A program made the position numbers and the translations under genes. Positions 35,807-44,037 of a DNA stretch of 64,000 bases are shown here, piece after piece. Each line of letters opens with the position of its first letter. The stretch's first letter is position 1. The DNA comes from Anaerolineae bacterium (GTDB lineage: Bacteria > Chloroflexota > Anaerolineae > CG2-30-64-16). The stretch lies in contig JAXGYZ010000002.1 of assembly GCA_040772005.1 (NCBI GenBank), positions 1 to 64,000 of the forward strand, in the 5' to 3' direction. Below the pieces are notes generated by a model. It saw only the letters and a program-made list of their open reading frames with translations, ran no database searches and was not told where the DNA came from.

Positions 35807-37003
35807 TCAATGCACCCTGAGGTCCTGCCAGCGCTTCAGCTCGAGCTCGGAGGCCACCTGATAGGCAGCAATACCCAACTGGCGGCCGCGTTCGCGCACG
35901 ATGCCGAAGCGCGCGTACGGTTCCGTGACCATCAAGACCGGGTTGAGGCCCGCGCGGCGCAGGCGGTGAAGCGCCGCGCAGATCGCCTCATCGCCGGCGG
36001 GCGTCAGCGCGATGACGGTCGTGCCCCACGGCAGGTCGGCGGTGGCGGTCGGCAGCCATTCGGCCAGCGGCGTCGTATCGGCCAATTGCACGCGCGCCAG
36101 CCATTCGAGCAGCTTCATCAGGTGAGTGCGGCCCGGCCGCGGCGGGATGGTCCAGCATCGCGCGCCGCTGGGCGCATCGAGCCCGTTGCTCGCCAGGCCC
36201 ACCACCTGCCGCTGCTCGATCGTCAGATAGCTCGCCAGGGAAGCCGCAACCACGATGCCCCACTCGCTTGCGGTGCCCCGCAGGTGGCGCGAGTAGTTCG
36301 CGCCGTCCAGGTCAAGGAAAAGCACGCTGGTCAGCGAGACGGCCGGTTCGTACTTCTTGACCTGCAAGGCGCCGGCCCGCGCACTGCTCTTCCAGTCCAC
36401 GTTGCGCAGCGGATCACCGGCCTGGTAGGGCCGCACGCCGGTGATACGCGCGGGATCGGAGAAGATCTGCTGGCGGCTCTTGATTGTGCCGTAAGGTGCG
36501 CGTGAGACGAGGTTGACCCGTGACAGGGGAATGACGCGCGGATAGACGACCAGGGGCGTGCGCTCGCCGAAGGTGCCGGTCGCTTCGGCAAAGCCGAACA
36601 GGTCGCCCGTGCTCAGCATCCCCGGTCCAAGCTGGTAATAGCCCCGCTGCTGGCCCACCAGCTCATAGCCGAGGTGCACCTTCTCCTTCGGGCGTAGCGT
36701 GATGGCCTCGCGGAGCGGCCCGGCCGTGCCCAAGTTGCCCGGCGGCGCCTCCTCGTAGCGCAGCCAGGGGATGGGCCACCAGCTCCGATTCTCCAGTTGG
36801 ATATCGACGGTGGTGCGTTCGCCGGTGAAGATGTGGCTGGTGAAGCGCCGCGTGACCCGCAGACGCGGGAGATTGCGCGCAGTCCACCAGCGCGCCAGGG
36901 CATACGTCCCGGCCAGCACATAGACAATGTAGAACACGAGGTCCATGCGCAGCAGGATCGCGGTCAGCAGGAGCAGCAGGAGCACCAACGGCAGTTCGAG
37001 CAT
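35807..37003 (-). CDS. DUF58-family (vWA-like) protein
   Basis: N-terminal TM hairpin. DUF58 hallmark RPYQAGDPLRNVDWKSSARAGALQVKKYE. Confidence 0.7.
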   Translation of the reverse strand: MLELPLVLLLLLLTAILLRMDLVFYIVYVLAGTYALARWWTARNLPRLRVTRRFTSHIFTGERTTVDIQLENRSWWPIPWLRYEEAPPGNLGTAGPLREAITLRPKEKVHLGYELVGQQRGYYQLGPGMLSTGDLFGFAEATGTFGERTPLVVYPRVIPLSRVNLVSRAPYGTIKSRQQIFSDPARITGVRPYQAGDPLRNVDWKSSARAGALQVKKYEPAVSLTSVLFLDLDGANYSRHLRGTASEWGIVVAASLASYLTIEQRQVVGLASNGLDAPSGARCWTIPPRPGRTHLMKLLEWLARVQLADTTPLAEWLPTATADLPWGTTVIALTPAGDEAICAALHRLRRAGLNPVLMVTEPYARFGIVRERGRQLGIAAYQVASELELKRWQDLRVH

Positions 37004-37007
37004 CGCG

Positions 37008-37739
37008 CTACTCGTCCGGTCCTTCGTCGTCGGGCTCAGCGCGGTCCGCGCCGGGCGGCGTTACGGCATTCTGCCGGCCCAGGCCCTCGATGACCACGAC
37101 GTACTCGCCCCGCGGCGGAGAGCGGCGCAGCGCCGCCAGCAACTCGCTCAACGTGCCGCGTACGACGGACTCATGGAGCTTGGTCAGCTCGTGGGCCAGC
37201 GCGGCGCGGCGGTCACCGTAGACCGCGAGCGCATCCTGCAGGAAGGCTTCCAGCCGGTACGGGCTTTCGTAGAAGACGAGCGTATGGGGTGAGTCGCGGT
37301 CCACTTCGAGGAACCGGCGTCGCGGCCCGCCCTTGTGCGGCGGGAAGCCCCGATAGGTGAAGCTGTGCAGGGGCAGACCCGACAGCACGACCGCCATAAT
37401 GACCGCCGCGGGGCCGGGGATCAGGGTCACTTCTTCGCCCGCAGCCAGCGCGCGCTGCACGATCGAGTAGCCGGGATCCGAGATGCCCGGCGTGCCGGCC
37501 TCAGTCACCACTGCGACCGACTGGCCCTCGGCCAGCAGTCGCAGGAGCCGGTCGCCCGCGCGGTCCTCGTTATGTCCGTGAAAGGCCACCTGCGGCTTGC
37601 GGATATCATAGTGCTTCAGCAGGATGCCCGTCTTGCGGGTGTCCTCGCTGGCGATGACATCCACATTGCGCAGGACTTCCAGCGCGCGCAACGTTATGTC
37701 GCCCAGGTTGCCGATCGGAGTCGCAACGAGGTACAGCAC
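37008..37739 (-). CDS. rsmI: 16S rRNA (cytidine1402-2'-O)-methyltransferase
   Basis: [44 protein letters not shown] is the tetrapyrrole-methylase-fold RsmI signature. Confidence 0.85.
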   Translation of the reverse strand: MLYLVATPIGNLGDITLRALEVLRNVDVIASEDTRKTGILLKHYDIRKPQVAFHGHNEDRAGDRLLRLLAEGQSVAVVTEAGTPGISDPGYSIVQRALAAGEEVTLIPGPAAVIMAVVLSGLPLHSFTYRGFPPHKGGPRRRFLEVDRDSPHTLVFYESPYRLEAFLQDALAVYGDRRAALAHELTKLHESVVRGTLSELLAALRRSPPRGEYVVVIEGLGRQNAVTPPGADRAEPDDEGPDE

Positions 37740-37742
37740 GGC

Positions 37743-38690
37743 TCAGTCCGCCTTGCCGATATCGAGCGGGACCTGCTCCAGCAGTTCCGCGACAATGACG
37801 TTGCTCGTCCGCCCGCGCAGCGAACTCTCGGGATGCACGAGGCAGCGATGCGCGAGGGCCAGCGGCGCGAGATACTTCACATCGTCGGGCAGCACGTAGT
37901 CGCGGCCGTGCAGCGCAGCCCACGCCTGGCTCGTCTTGTACAGGGCGAGACTCCCGCGCTGGCTCGCGCCCAGCAGCAGGTCGGGATGAGAGCGAGTGGC
38001 AGTGACGAGCCGCACGATGTAGTCGCGCACCGTGTCGTCCACGTGCACCTCCCACACCTGACGGGCCAACTCCGGGACCTGCGTGCCGTCCACGGCGGGC
38101 TGCAAAGTCTCGATAGGATGCTGGCGGCGCAGGTTGAGCAACATCTGGTTCTCGCCCGCAGGCTGGAGATAGCCCAGCCTGAGCTTGAGCAGGAAGCGGT
38201 CGAGCTGCGCCTCGGGTAGCGGGAACGTGCCCTCGAACTCGATGGGGTTCTGGGTTGCCAGCACCATGAAGGGCCGCGCTAGGGGCCGCGTCACACCGTC
38301 GACCGTCACCTGGCGTTCGCCCATGGACTCCAGCAGCGCGGACTGCGTGCGGGGCGTCGCGCGGTTGATTTCATCTGCGAGGAGGATGTTGGCAAAGGCC
38401 GGACCGGGGATGAATTCGAACCGGCTGGTCTGCTGGTTGTAGACCGACACACCGGTGACATCATTCGGCAGCAGGTCGGGCGTACACTGCAGGCGCTTGA
38501 ACGTGACCCCCAGCGAGATAGCCAGCGCGCGGGCCAACATAGTCTTGCCCGTGCCCGGCACATCCTCGATGAGCACATGCCCCTCACACAGCAGGGCCGT
38601 CAACAGGATTTCGATGGCCTCGCGCTGGCCGATGATGACTTTCTCGACGTTGGTGATGACTTCGTTTGCAAAGGTGCGAATGCCGTCCAA
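37743..38690 (-). CDS. moxR: MoxR-family AAA+ ATPase
   Basis: GHVLIEDVPGTGKT Walker A, LLADEINRATPRTQSALLE Walker B/sensor, MVLATQNPIEFEGTFPLPEAQLDRF. Confidence 0.85.
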   Translation of the reverse strand: MDGIRTFANEVITNVEKVIIGQREAIEILLTALLCEGHVLIEDVPGTGKTMLARALAISLGVTFKRLQCTPDLLPNDVTGVSVYNQQTSRFEFIPGPAFANILLADEINRATPRTQSALLESMGERQVTVDGVTRPLARPFMVLATQNPIEFEGTFPLPEAQLDRFLLKLRLGYLQPAGENQMLLNLRRQHPIETLQPAVDGTQVPELARQVWEVHVDDTVRDYIVRLVTATRSHPDLLLGASQRGSLALYKTSQAWAALHGRDYVLPDDVKYLAPLALAHRCLVHPESSLRGRTSNVIVAELLEQVPLDIGKAD

Positions 38691-38817
38691 ATGATGTCCT
38701 CCTGTGGCCCGTCGTGCAGATAACTGGTGGGGCTCCCGCGCGCAGTAGAGTGTAGCGACATTCTAGCACAGCCGCGGCCCTTCTCAAAGGTCCTGCCACG
38801 CCAGCATGGATTTGGCC

Positions 38818-38876
38818 TACAAACCCGGTTTCTGTGCGAAGCTACGCTTCGCCGATAAACCGGGTTTGTAACGGTG
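38818..38876. repeat. Nested-hairpin REP-like element, family C: ACAAACCCGGTTT...[GCGAAGC-tac-GCTTCGC]...AAACCGGGTTTGT
   Basis: Read directly. A paralogous copy is at 53581-53636, and a mini version GAAACCCGGTTTC is at 43996-44012. Confidence 0.65.
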
Positions 38877-38945
38877 GTCAGTTACGACCTTCCAGGATGG
38901 ACTTGGGAAATAGAAAATCTGTTTGGGAAAATTTGTGAAAACCCC

Positions 38946-38974
38946 TTGACAACGAACAAACGTTCCTATATAAT
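38946..38974 (+). promoter_or_regulatory. lexA promoter TTGACA-17-TATAAT with a LexA (Cheo-type) box GAACaaacGTTC in the spacer (38954-38965) and a second imperfect box GAACataaTTTC (38981-38992)
   Basis: Perfect -35/-10 hexamers. The GAAC-N4-GTTC dyad matches the Gram-positive/Chloroflexi LexA operator class. It lies directly upstream of lexA. Confidence 0.7.
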
Positions 38975-39030
38975 ATTCCCGAACATAATTTCGGCCCCCA
39001 ACACAGATCGGGTGCCACAAGGAGGCCCTC

Positions 39031-39684
39031 ATGTCGCTGTCAGAACGTCAGGTTAAGATCCTGGAATTCATCGACGCGTACTTCCAGGAGCACAACTATC
39101 CGCCGACCATCCGCGAGATCGGTAAGGCGGTCGGTATTTCATCCACCTCGGTGGTCAAGTACAACCTGGAACGGCTCCAGGAGAAGGAAAAACTGGAGCG
39201 CAGCAAAGAGGTCTCGCGCGGCCTGCGCCTGCTGAAGACTGCCGGCGGCAACGGTGACACCGGCACCGCGACGGCGCGCCTGGTGCGGGTGCCGAAGCTG
39301 GGGATCATCTCCGCCGGCCAGCCGATTGCCGCGGCGGGCCAACAGGACAACCCCTACGCGGGCGACACGCTGACCCTGACCGCCGACCTCGTGCCCGATC
39401 GGGCCAACCTGTACGCGCTGCGCGTCCAGGGCGATTCGATGATCGACGCGCTGGTCTACGACGGCGACTGGGTCATCATCGAGCACCGCGAAACTGCGGA
39501 ACGTGGGGATATGGTCGTCGCGTGGGTCGAGGACAAGGAAGAGACCACGCTCAAGTACTACTACCCCGAAGGCGCGACCGTGCGCCTCCAGCCGGCCAAC
39601 CCGGCCTATCAGCCGATCCATGTGCCGGCGGAACATCTCAAGGTACAGGGCAAGGTGCTAGCTATCGTTCGCCAACTGGTGTGA
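39031..39684 (+). CDS. lexA: LexA repressor (S24 peptidase)
   Basis: N-terminal wHTH (LSERQVKILEFIDAYFQEHNYPPTIREIGKAVGISSTSVV), cleavage region (AAG), catalytic GDSM...K. GGAGG SD before ATG 39031. Confidence 0.9.
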   Translation: MSLSERQVKILEFIDAYFQEHNYPPTIREIGKAVGISSTSVVKYNLERLQEKEKLERSKEVSRGLRLLKTAGGNGDTGTATARLVRVPKLGIISAGQPIAAAGQQDNPYAGDTLTLTADLVPDRANLYALRVQGDSMIDALVYDGDWVIIEHRETAERGDMVVAWVEDKEETTLKYYYPEGATVRLQPANPAYQPIHVPAEHLKVQGKVLAIVRQLV

Positions 39685-40286
39685 CAGCGTCCGACCATCG
39701 CCTGTCGCGCGCGTTCTACGAACACCCCACGTTGACCGTGGCCCGTGCGCTGCTGGGCCAACGCCTCGTGCGCGTGCTGGCGGGCATCCGCTTGAGCGGC
39801 CTGATCTGTGAAACCGAGGCGTACGGCGGACCGGATGACGAATCCTCCCATGCGTTCCGCCGTACGCCGCGCAGCGCCATCATGTATGACGCGCCCGGCC
39901 ACGCCTATGTCTACCGCATCTACGGCATCCACCACTGCCTGAACGCCGTCACCGAACCGGCCGGCCAGCCCGGCGCGGTGCTCATCCGCGCCATCTTCCC
40001 CCAGGAAGGCATCGAGGCCATGCACAGCCGCCGCACGGTGCAGTCACGCGCGCACCTGACGGATGGACCGGGCAAGCTGTGCGAGGCGTTAGGGATCGAC
40101 CTGGCGCAGAACGGGCTGGACCTGGTGACAGACGAAGCCCTGTTCATCGAGACAGGCGAGAGCATAGCCGATGCGGAGGCGCGCGTGACTCCGCGCATCG
40201 GCGTGCGCGGGAGCGCAGAGGCGCGCGCGCGGCCCTGGCGCTTCGTGTGGACGCCCGTCAGCGTCCCAGCCGCGCGAGCGTCCTGA
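39681..40286 (+). CDS. mpg: DNA-3-methyladenine glycosylase (Mpg/AAG family)
   Basis: ETEAYGGPDDESSHA and PGHAYVYRIYGIHHCLNAV motifs. The GTG start overlaps the lexA stop (GTGA), implying a lexA-mpg operon. Confidence 0.75.
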   Translation: MTASDHRLSRAFYEHPTLTVARALLGQRLVRVLAGIRLSGLICETEAYGGPDDESSHAFRRTPRSAIMYDAPGHAYVYRIYGIHHCLNAVTEPAGQPGAVLIRAIFPQEGIEAMHSRRTVQSRAHLTDGPGKLCEALGIDLAQNGLDLVTDEALFIETGESIADAEARVTPRIGVRGSAEARARPWRFVWTPVSVPAARAS

Positions 40287-41814
40287 CCTCCGGCATGCGC
40301 AGGACGAACGCCACGGCCAGGTAGAGCAGCCCGCCGGCCGCAAGGCCCAACGGAGCCACCAGCAAGACCGGTTGACTGGCCCACGCGCGCGCCGCCCACG
40401 CCAGCGCGACCGTCATCACCCCCGCCGCGACGCCTGCCTTGATGACCGTCGCCCAGAGCCGCGGCCACTCCAGCCCTTGCAGCCGCCGCGACAACAGCCA
40501 GACCAGCAGCGCCATCTCCACGGATGTCGCGATCGTGTTCGCCAGCGCGAGCCCGGCATGACCGAGCGGCCCGCGCAGCCACAGGCTGAGCAGCACGTTG
40601 CCCGCCATCGCCGCCACCCCGATTGCGACCGGCGTGCGCGTGTCGTGCAGCGCGTAGAAGGCCCGCGCCACGATCTCGACGACGGAATGGCCCACCAGCC
40701 CCAGCGCATAGTACATCAGTGCGGCGGCCGTCAGCGCGGTCGAGGACGCAGTGAACTCCCCGCGCTCCAGCAGCAGCCGGATCAACGGCACGCGCCAGAC
40801 AAACAACCCCGCAGCCGCCGGAATCGCCAGGAACAGCACCGCACGCAGCGTCCCGCTGATGGTCTGGCGCAGCTCCGTGCGCCGCCCCTGCGCCTCCAAT
40901 ACGGCAAATGTCGGGAAGGCCGCGGTCGCGACTCCCTGCGCGACGATCCCCTGCGGCAGCAGCATGAGCATCCAGGCATAGTTCAGCGCGGAGAGGCTGC
41001 CCGCGGGCAGAGCGGATGCCAGGATGGTGTTGACCCAGAAGTTGAGCTGCACCGCGGCCAGGCCCAGCACGCGCGGCCCCATCAGCCGCGCGACCTCGTG
41101 CACCTTGCGATCGGCCAGGCCGAGCGTGACATAATAGCGCGCGCCGCGGCGCCACAGGCCGAAGAGCTGCACATCGAGGTGCAGCGCCGCGCCGACCACA
41201 ACGCCGATGACCAGCCCGTGCACGCCCAGGGTTGGCGCAAGGAACCAGGCTCCGGCTATAATGCTCAGGTTGTAGAGCACAGGCGCGAGCGCGGGCAGCA
41301 GGAAGTGGTTGAAGCTGTTCAACACGCCCATGATGATGCCGCTGACGCCGAAAATGACGGTGCTGATGAGCATCCAGCGCATCAAATCCGCGGTCAGGGC
41401 CTGCTGCGCGGGGCTGAAGCCCGGGGCCAGGATGGTGCTGACGAGCCACGGAGCCGCCGCTGCCGTCGCAATCGTGACCGCGGTCAGCAATAGTAGCACC
41501 AGATTGGTCACCGCGCTGAAAACGCGCCACGCGCCGGTCAGGTCGCGCCGCGCGACGCAGCCGGCGAACACGGGAATGAATGCAGAGCCGAGCGCGCCGC
41601 CCGCGATGAGCTGAAACAGCAGGTCGGGCACGCGAAACGCGGCCAGGTATGCGTCCAGGTCTGCGCTCGTCCCGAAGCGCGCGCTGATGATCATCTCGCG
41701 CGCCAGCCCGGCGACGCGGCTGAGGAAGAACAGGGCCATCACGAGCGTGGCTGCGCGCAGGATGCGGCGGCTGATGTTGGCAGTGCCGGTGCTGGCGCGA
41801 GCGGGTGGTTGCAT
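40258..41814 (-). CDS. murJ: Lipid II flippase MurJ/MviN
   Basis: 518-aa polytopic protein with the typical MurJ N-terminus (RAATLVMALFFLSRVAGLAREMIISARFGTSADLDAYLAAFRVPDLLFQLIAGGAL). Confidence 0.85.
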   Translation of the reverse strand: MQPPARASTGTANISRRILRAATLVMALFFLSRVAGLAREMIISARFGTSADLDAYLAAFRVPDLLFQLIAGGALGSAFIPVFAGCVARRDLTGAWRVFSAVTNLVLLLLTAVTIATAAAAPWLVSTILAPGFSPAQQALTADLMRWMLISTVIFGVSGIIMGVLNSFNHFLLPALAPVLYNLSIIAGAWFLAPTLGVHGLVIGVVVGAALHLDVQLFGLWRRGARYYVTLGLADRKVHEVARLMGPRVLGLAAVQLNFWVNTILASALPAGSLSALNYAWMLMLLPQGIVAQGVATAAFPTFAVLEAQGRRTELRQTISGTLRAVLFLAIPAAAGLFVWRVPLIRLLLERGEFTASSTALTAAALMYYALGLVGHSVVEIVARAFYALHDTRTPVAIGVAAMAGNVLLSLWLRGPLGHAGLALANTIATSVEMALLVWLLSRRLQGLEWPRLWATVIKAGVAAGVMTVALAWAARAWASQPVLLVAPLGLAAGGLLYLAVAFVLRMPEVRTLARLGR

Positions 41815-41846
41815 GGGCCGGATTATATCACGAGATGGAGGAGAAG

Positions 41847-42383
41847 ATGGGCCGTGAAGACCAGGGGGTGAGCAAGAGCCGTCACCGCTACCAGGTGATT
41901 CCGCGTGTGCTCTGCTTCGTCACCCACGATGACGCCGCGACAGGGGACGCGACGGTTCTCCTGCTGCGCGGCGGGCCGCACAAGCGCCTCTGGGCGGGCC
42001 GCTGCAACGGCCTGGGGGGCCACGTCGAGGCCGGTGAGGACATCTACGCCGCGACATTACGTGAAGTGCATGAGGAAGCCGGGCTGAAAATCCACGATTT
42101 ATTGCTACGCGCAGTCGTTCACGCCGATGCCGGAGACCCCAACCTGGGAATTCTGTTCTTCGTTTTCACGGCGCAGACGGATGCCACGGCTGTCACGCCG
42201 TCCGACGAAGGTGCGCTTGAGTGGCACCGGCAGGATGCGCTGCCCCTCGCGGACATGGTCGAGGACCTGCCCGTGCTGCTGCCGAAGGTGCTGGCCATGC
42301 AGCCGCACGACCCGCCCCTGTTCGTGGCCTATTCTTATGACGAAGCCGACCGGTTGGTCATGCACTTCGCGGACAGGGCGTAG
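41847..42383 (+). CDS. NUDIX hydrolase
   Basis: Nudix box GGHVEAGEDIYAATLREVHEEAGL. Start at ATG 41847 (GGAGG SD) or 41835. Confidence 0.7.
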   Translation: MGREDQGVSKSRHRYQVIPRVLCFVTHDDAATGDATVLLLRGGPHKRLWAGRCNGLGGHVEAGEDIYAATLREVHEEAGLKIHDLLLRAVVHADAGDPNLGILFFVFTAQTDATAVTPSDEGALEWHRQDALPLADMVEDLPVLLPKVLAMQPHDPPLFVAYSYDEADRLVMHFADRA

Positions 42384-42422
42384 AAACATCCCGGCGCAGA
42401 GATACTGCACAACCGAAATGCT

Positions 42423-42481
42423 CACGCAAAGACGCAAAGGACGCAAAATGAGTATCTTGGCGTTCTTTGCGGCTTTGCGTG
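42423..42481. repeat. Imperfect palindrome built from TTTGCG-type units: CACGCAAAGACGCAAAGGACGCAA...TTGGCGTTCTTTGCGGCTTTGCGTG, between convergent genes
   Basis: Read directly. The half element TTTTGCGATCTTTGCGTCTTTGCGTG recurs at 53649-53676, flanked by the direct repeat AAGAACC. Confidence 0.55.
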
Positions 42482-42492
42482 CGCTCTCCGTG

Positions 42493-43290
42493 CTACCGGC
42501 CACACGTCTGCAGGAAATCGGTCAGTGCCTCGTTGACCGCGGCCGGCTGCTCCAGGGGGCTCAGGTGACCGGCGCGCGGGATGACGACCATCCGCGCAGC
42601 GGGTATGGCCGCGGCCATCGCTTCCATATCCGCGGGCGGGGTCAGCGCATCTTCCGCGCCGCCGAGGGCCAGCACGGGCACGTCGATCCCCGGCAGCAGG
42701 GAGCGGCTGTCGCTGCGGTCGCGCAGGCCGCCGAGCGCGCCGACAATCCCCTCAACAGACTGCCCGGCCATGATGCGCCGCGCTTCATCTGCAACGGGCG
42801 GGTCGGCCAGGCTGGCCGGCGCAAGCACGCGCGGGAGCATGTCCTCCACGAAAGCGGCCACACCCGCCTCCCGCACCCTGCGCATCGAGGCATCGCGGTT
42901 GGCGCGCGCAGCCTCGCTGTCAGGCTCCGCCCGCGTATCGAGCAGGGCCAGCCCGCGCACCCGCGCGCGATGCCGCCGCCAGAAGGCGAATGCGACATAG
43001 CCGCCCATGCTCAGCCCGCCGACGACTGCACGCGGCACGCCCAGGTGCTCCAGCAGCGCGGCCATGTCATCCGCATGTTGCTCCATCGTATAGGGACCAG
43101 ACGGAACCTCTGACTGGCCGTGCCCGCGCAGATCAGGCACGATTACGTGCGCCACTTCAGACAGCGCGGCGACCTGGCCGAGCCACATCCGCCCATCGAG
43201 CGGAAACCCGTGAATCAGCAGCAGGGCAAGCGGATTGCCGCGACCGTACTCCTCGTAAGCCAACCGTATACCGTTAATCTCACCCATCAT
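42493..43290 (-). CDS. Alpha/beta-fold hydrolase
   Basis: LLLIHGFPLDGRMW, the nucleophile elbow GLSMGG, and HG dipeptide motifs. The start is taken at MMGEING (43290), because the ORF-track extension runs through the REP-like element. Confidence 0.7.
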   Translation of the reverse strand: MMGEINGIRLAYEEYGRGNPLALLLIHGFPLDGRMWLGQVAALSEVAHVIVPDLRGHGQSEVPSGPYTMEQHADDMAALLEHLGVPRAVVGGLSMGGYVAFAFWRRHRARVRGLALLDTRAEPDSEAARANRDASMRRVREAGVAAFVEDMLPRVLAPASLADPPVADEARRIMAGQSVEGIVGALGGLRDRSDSRSLLPGIDVPVLALGGAEDALTPPADMEAMAAAIPAARMVVIPRAGHLSPLEQPAAVNEALTDFLQTCGR

Positions 43291-43323
43291 TCTCAGCTCC
43301 AATCTCTCCCTCTGCGAGGCGGA

Positions 43324-43376
43324 GTCCGCATTCTCAAATGCGGACGGCCCCCGTTCCGCAATGGGACCAAAGTCCC
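43324..43376 (+). repeat. REP-like hairpin element, family A, copy 2: GTCCGCATTCTCAAATGCGGAC, followed by the GGGAC-caaa-GTCCC hairpin
   Basis: Identical 22-nt core to 3501-3522. It lies in the 5' leader of the minus-strand hydrolase gene. Confidence 0.7.
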
Positions 43377-43722
43377 ACCCGCGGATAGGCCGCGCGGCGG
43401 ATGTGCGCGCCCTCATGCCCGGCTATACTGCCTGCAATGAGCCTATTGTAGTGGGCGAACGGCGACGCGACAAACCGCCTCCGCCGGGTGAAAAAACTGT
43501 CACGCGATCCGACCGCGCCATTCATCGCAGTTTCATAGGTCGGCGCGACTATTCGGACGCTTGATCGTATTATTGATTAATCGAGACTTTTTCGCACGCC
43601 CTTGTAATGCTCGCCGTCATAAACAGGTTGTACCTTCTTGGCCGAAAGGTTGCGTTCCAGGAACCTTTATCAGCGAACCATCGTCATTGTAACCGTGTGA
43701 CATCATCGACAGGAGTGAAATC

Positions 43723-43866
43723 ATGGACATCCCACTGCTCATCGCCATCCTTGCAATTCTGGCCTGGACGCTGCTGCCCCAGCTCGACCGGTATGCCGAA
43801 GTCGAGCGGAGCCTGGACGCCAAACCTTCTCCCCTGCAGAGGCTGGCCCGCTGGGTCAACAACTGA
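43723..43866 (+). CDS. Small hydrophobic protein (47 aa, MDIPLLIAILAILAWTLLPQLDRYAEVERSLDAKPSPLQRLARWVNN)
   Basis: AGGAG SD 7 nt before the ATG. A strong intrinsic terminator follows. Below the ORF-track length cutoff. The codon usage fits the genome. Confidence 0.5.
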   Translation: MDIPLLIAILAILAWTLLPQLDRYAEVERSLDAKPSPLQRLARWVNN

Positions 43867-43907
43867 GGGCGTTGCCGAAACGCCGTATCTGATACAGTCA
43901 TTTACAT

Positions 43908-43938
43908 GGGGGGCGCTGCGCGGCGCCCCCCTTTTTTG
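43908..43938 (+). terminator. Rho-independent terminator
   Basis: GGGGGCGCTGCGCGGCGCCCCC followed by CTTTTTTG. Confidence 0.85.
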
Positions 43939-44037
43939 TTGCCCCGGACCTGCGCAACGTCATGGTCGACCGCAGTATGCAGGGGTATTGTGGAGTGAAG
44001 TCAGAAACCCGGTTTCTCAATTTCAACTCAACGGAGA

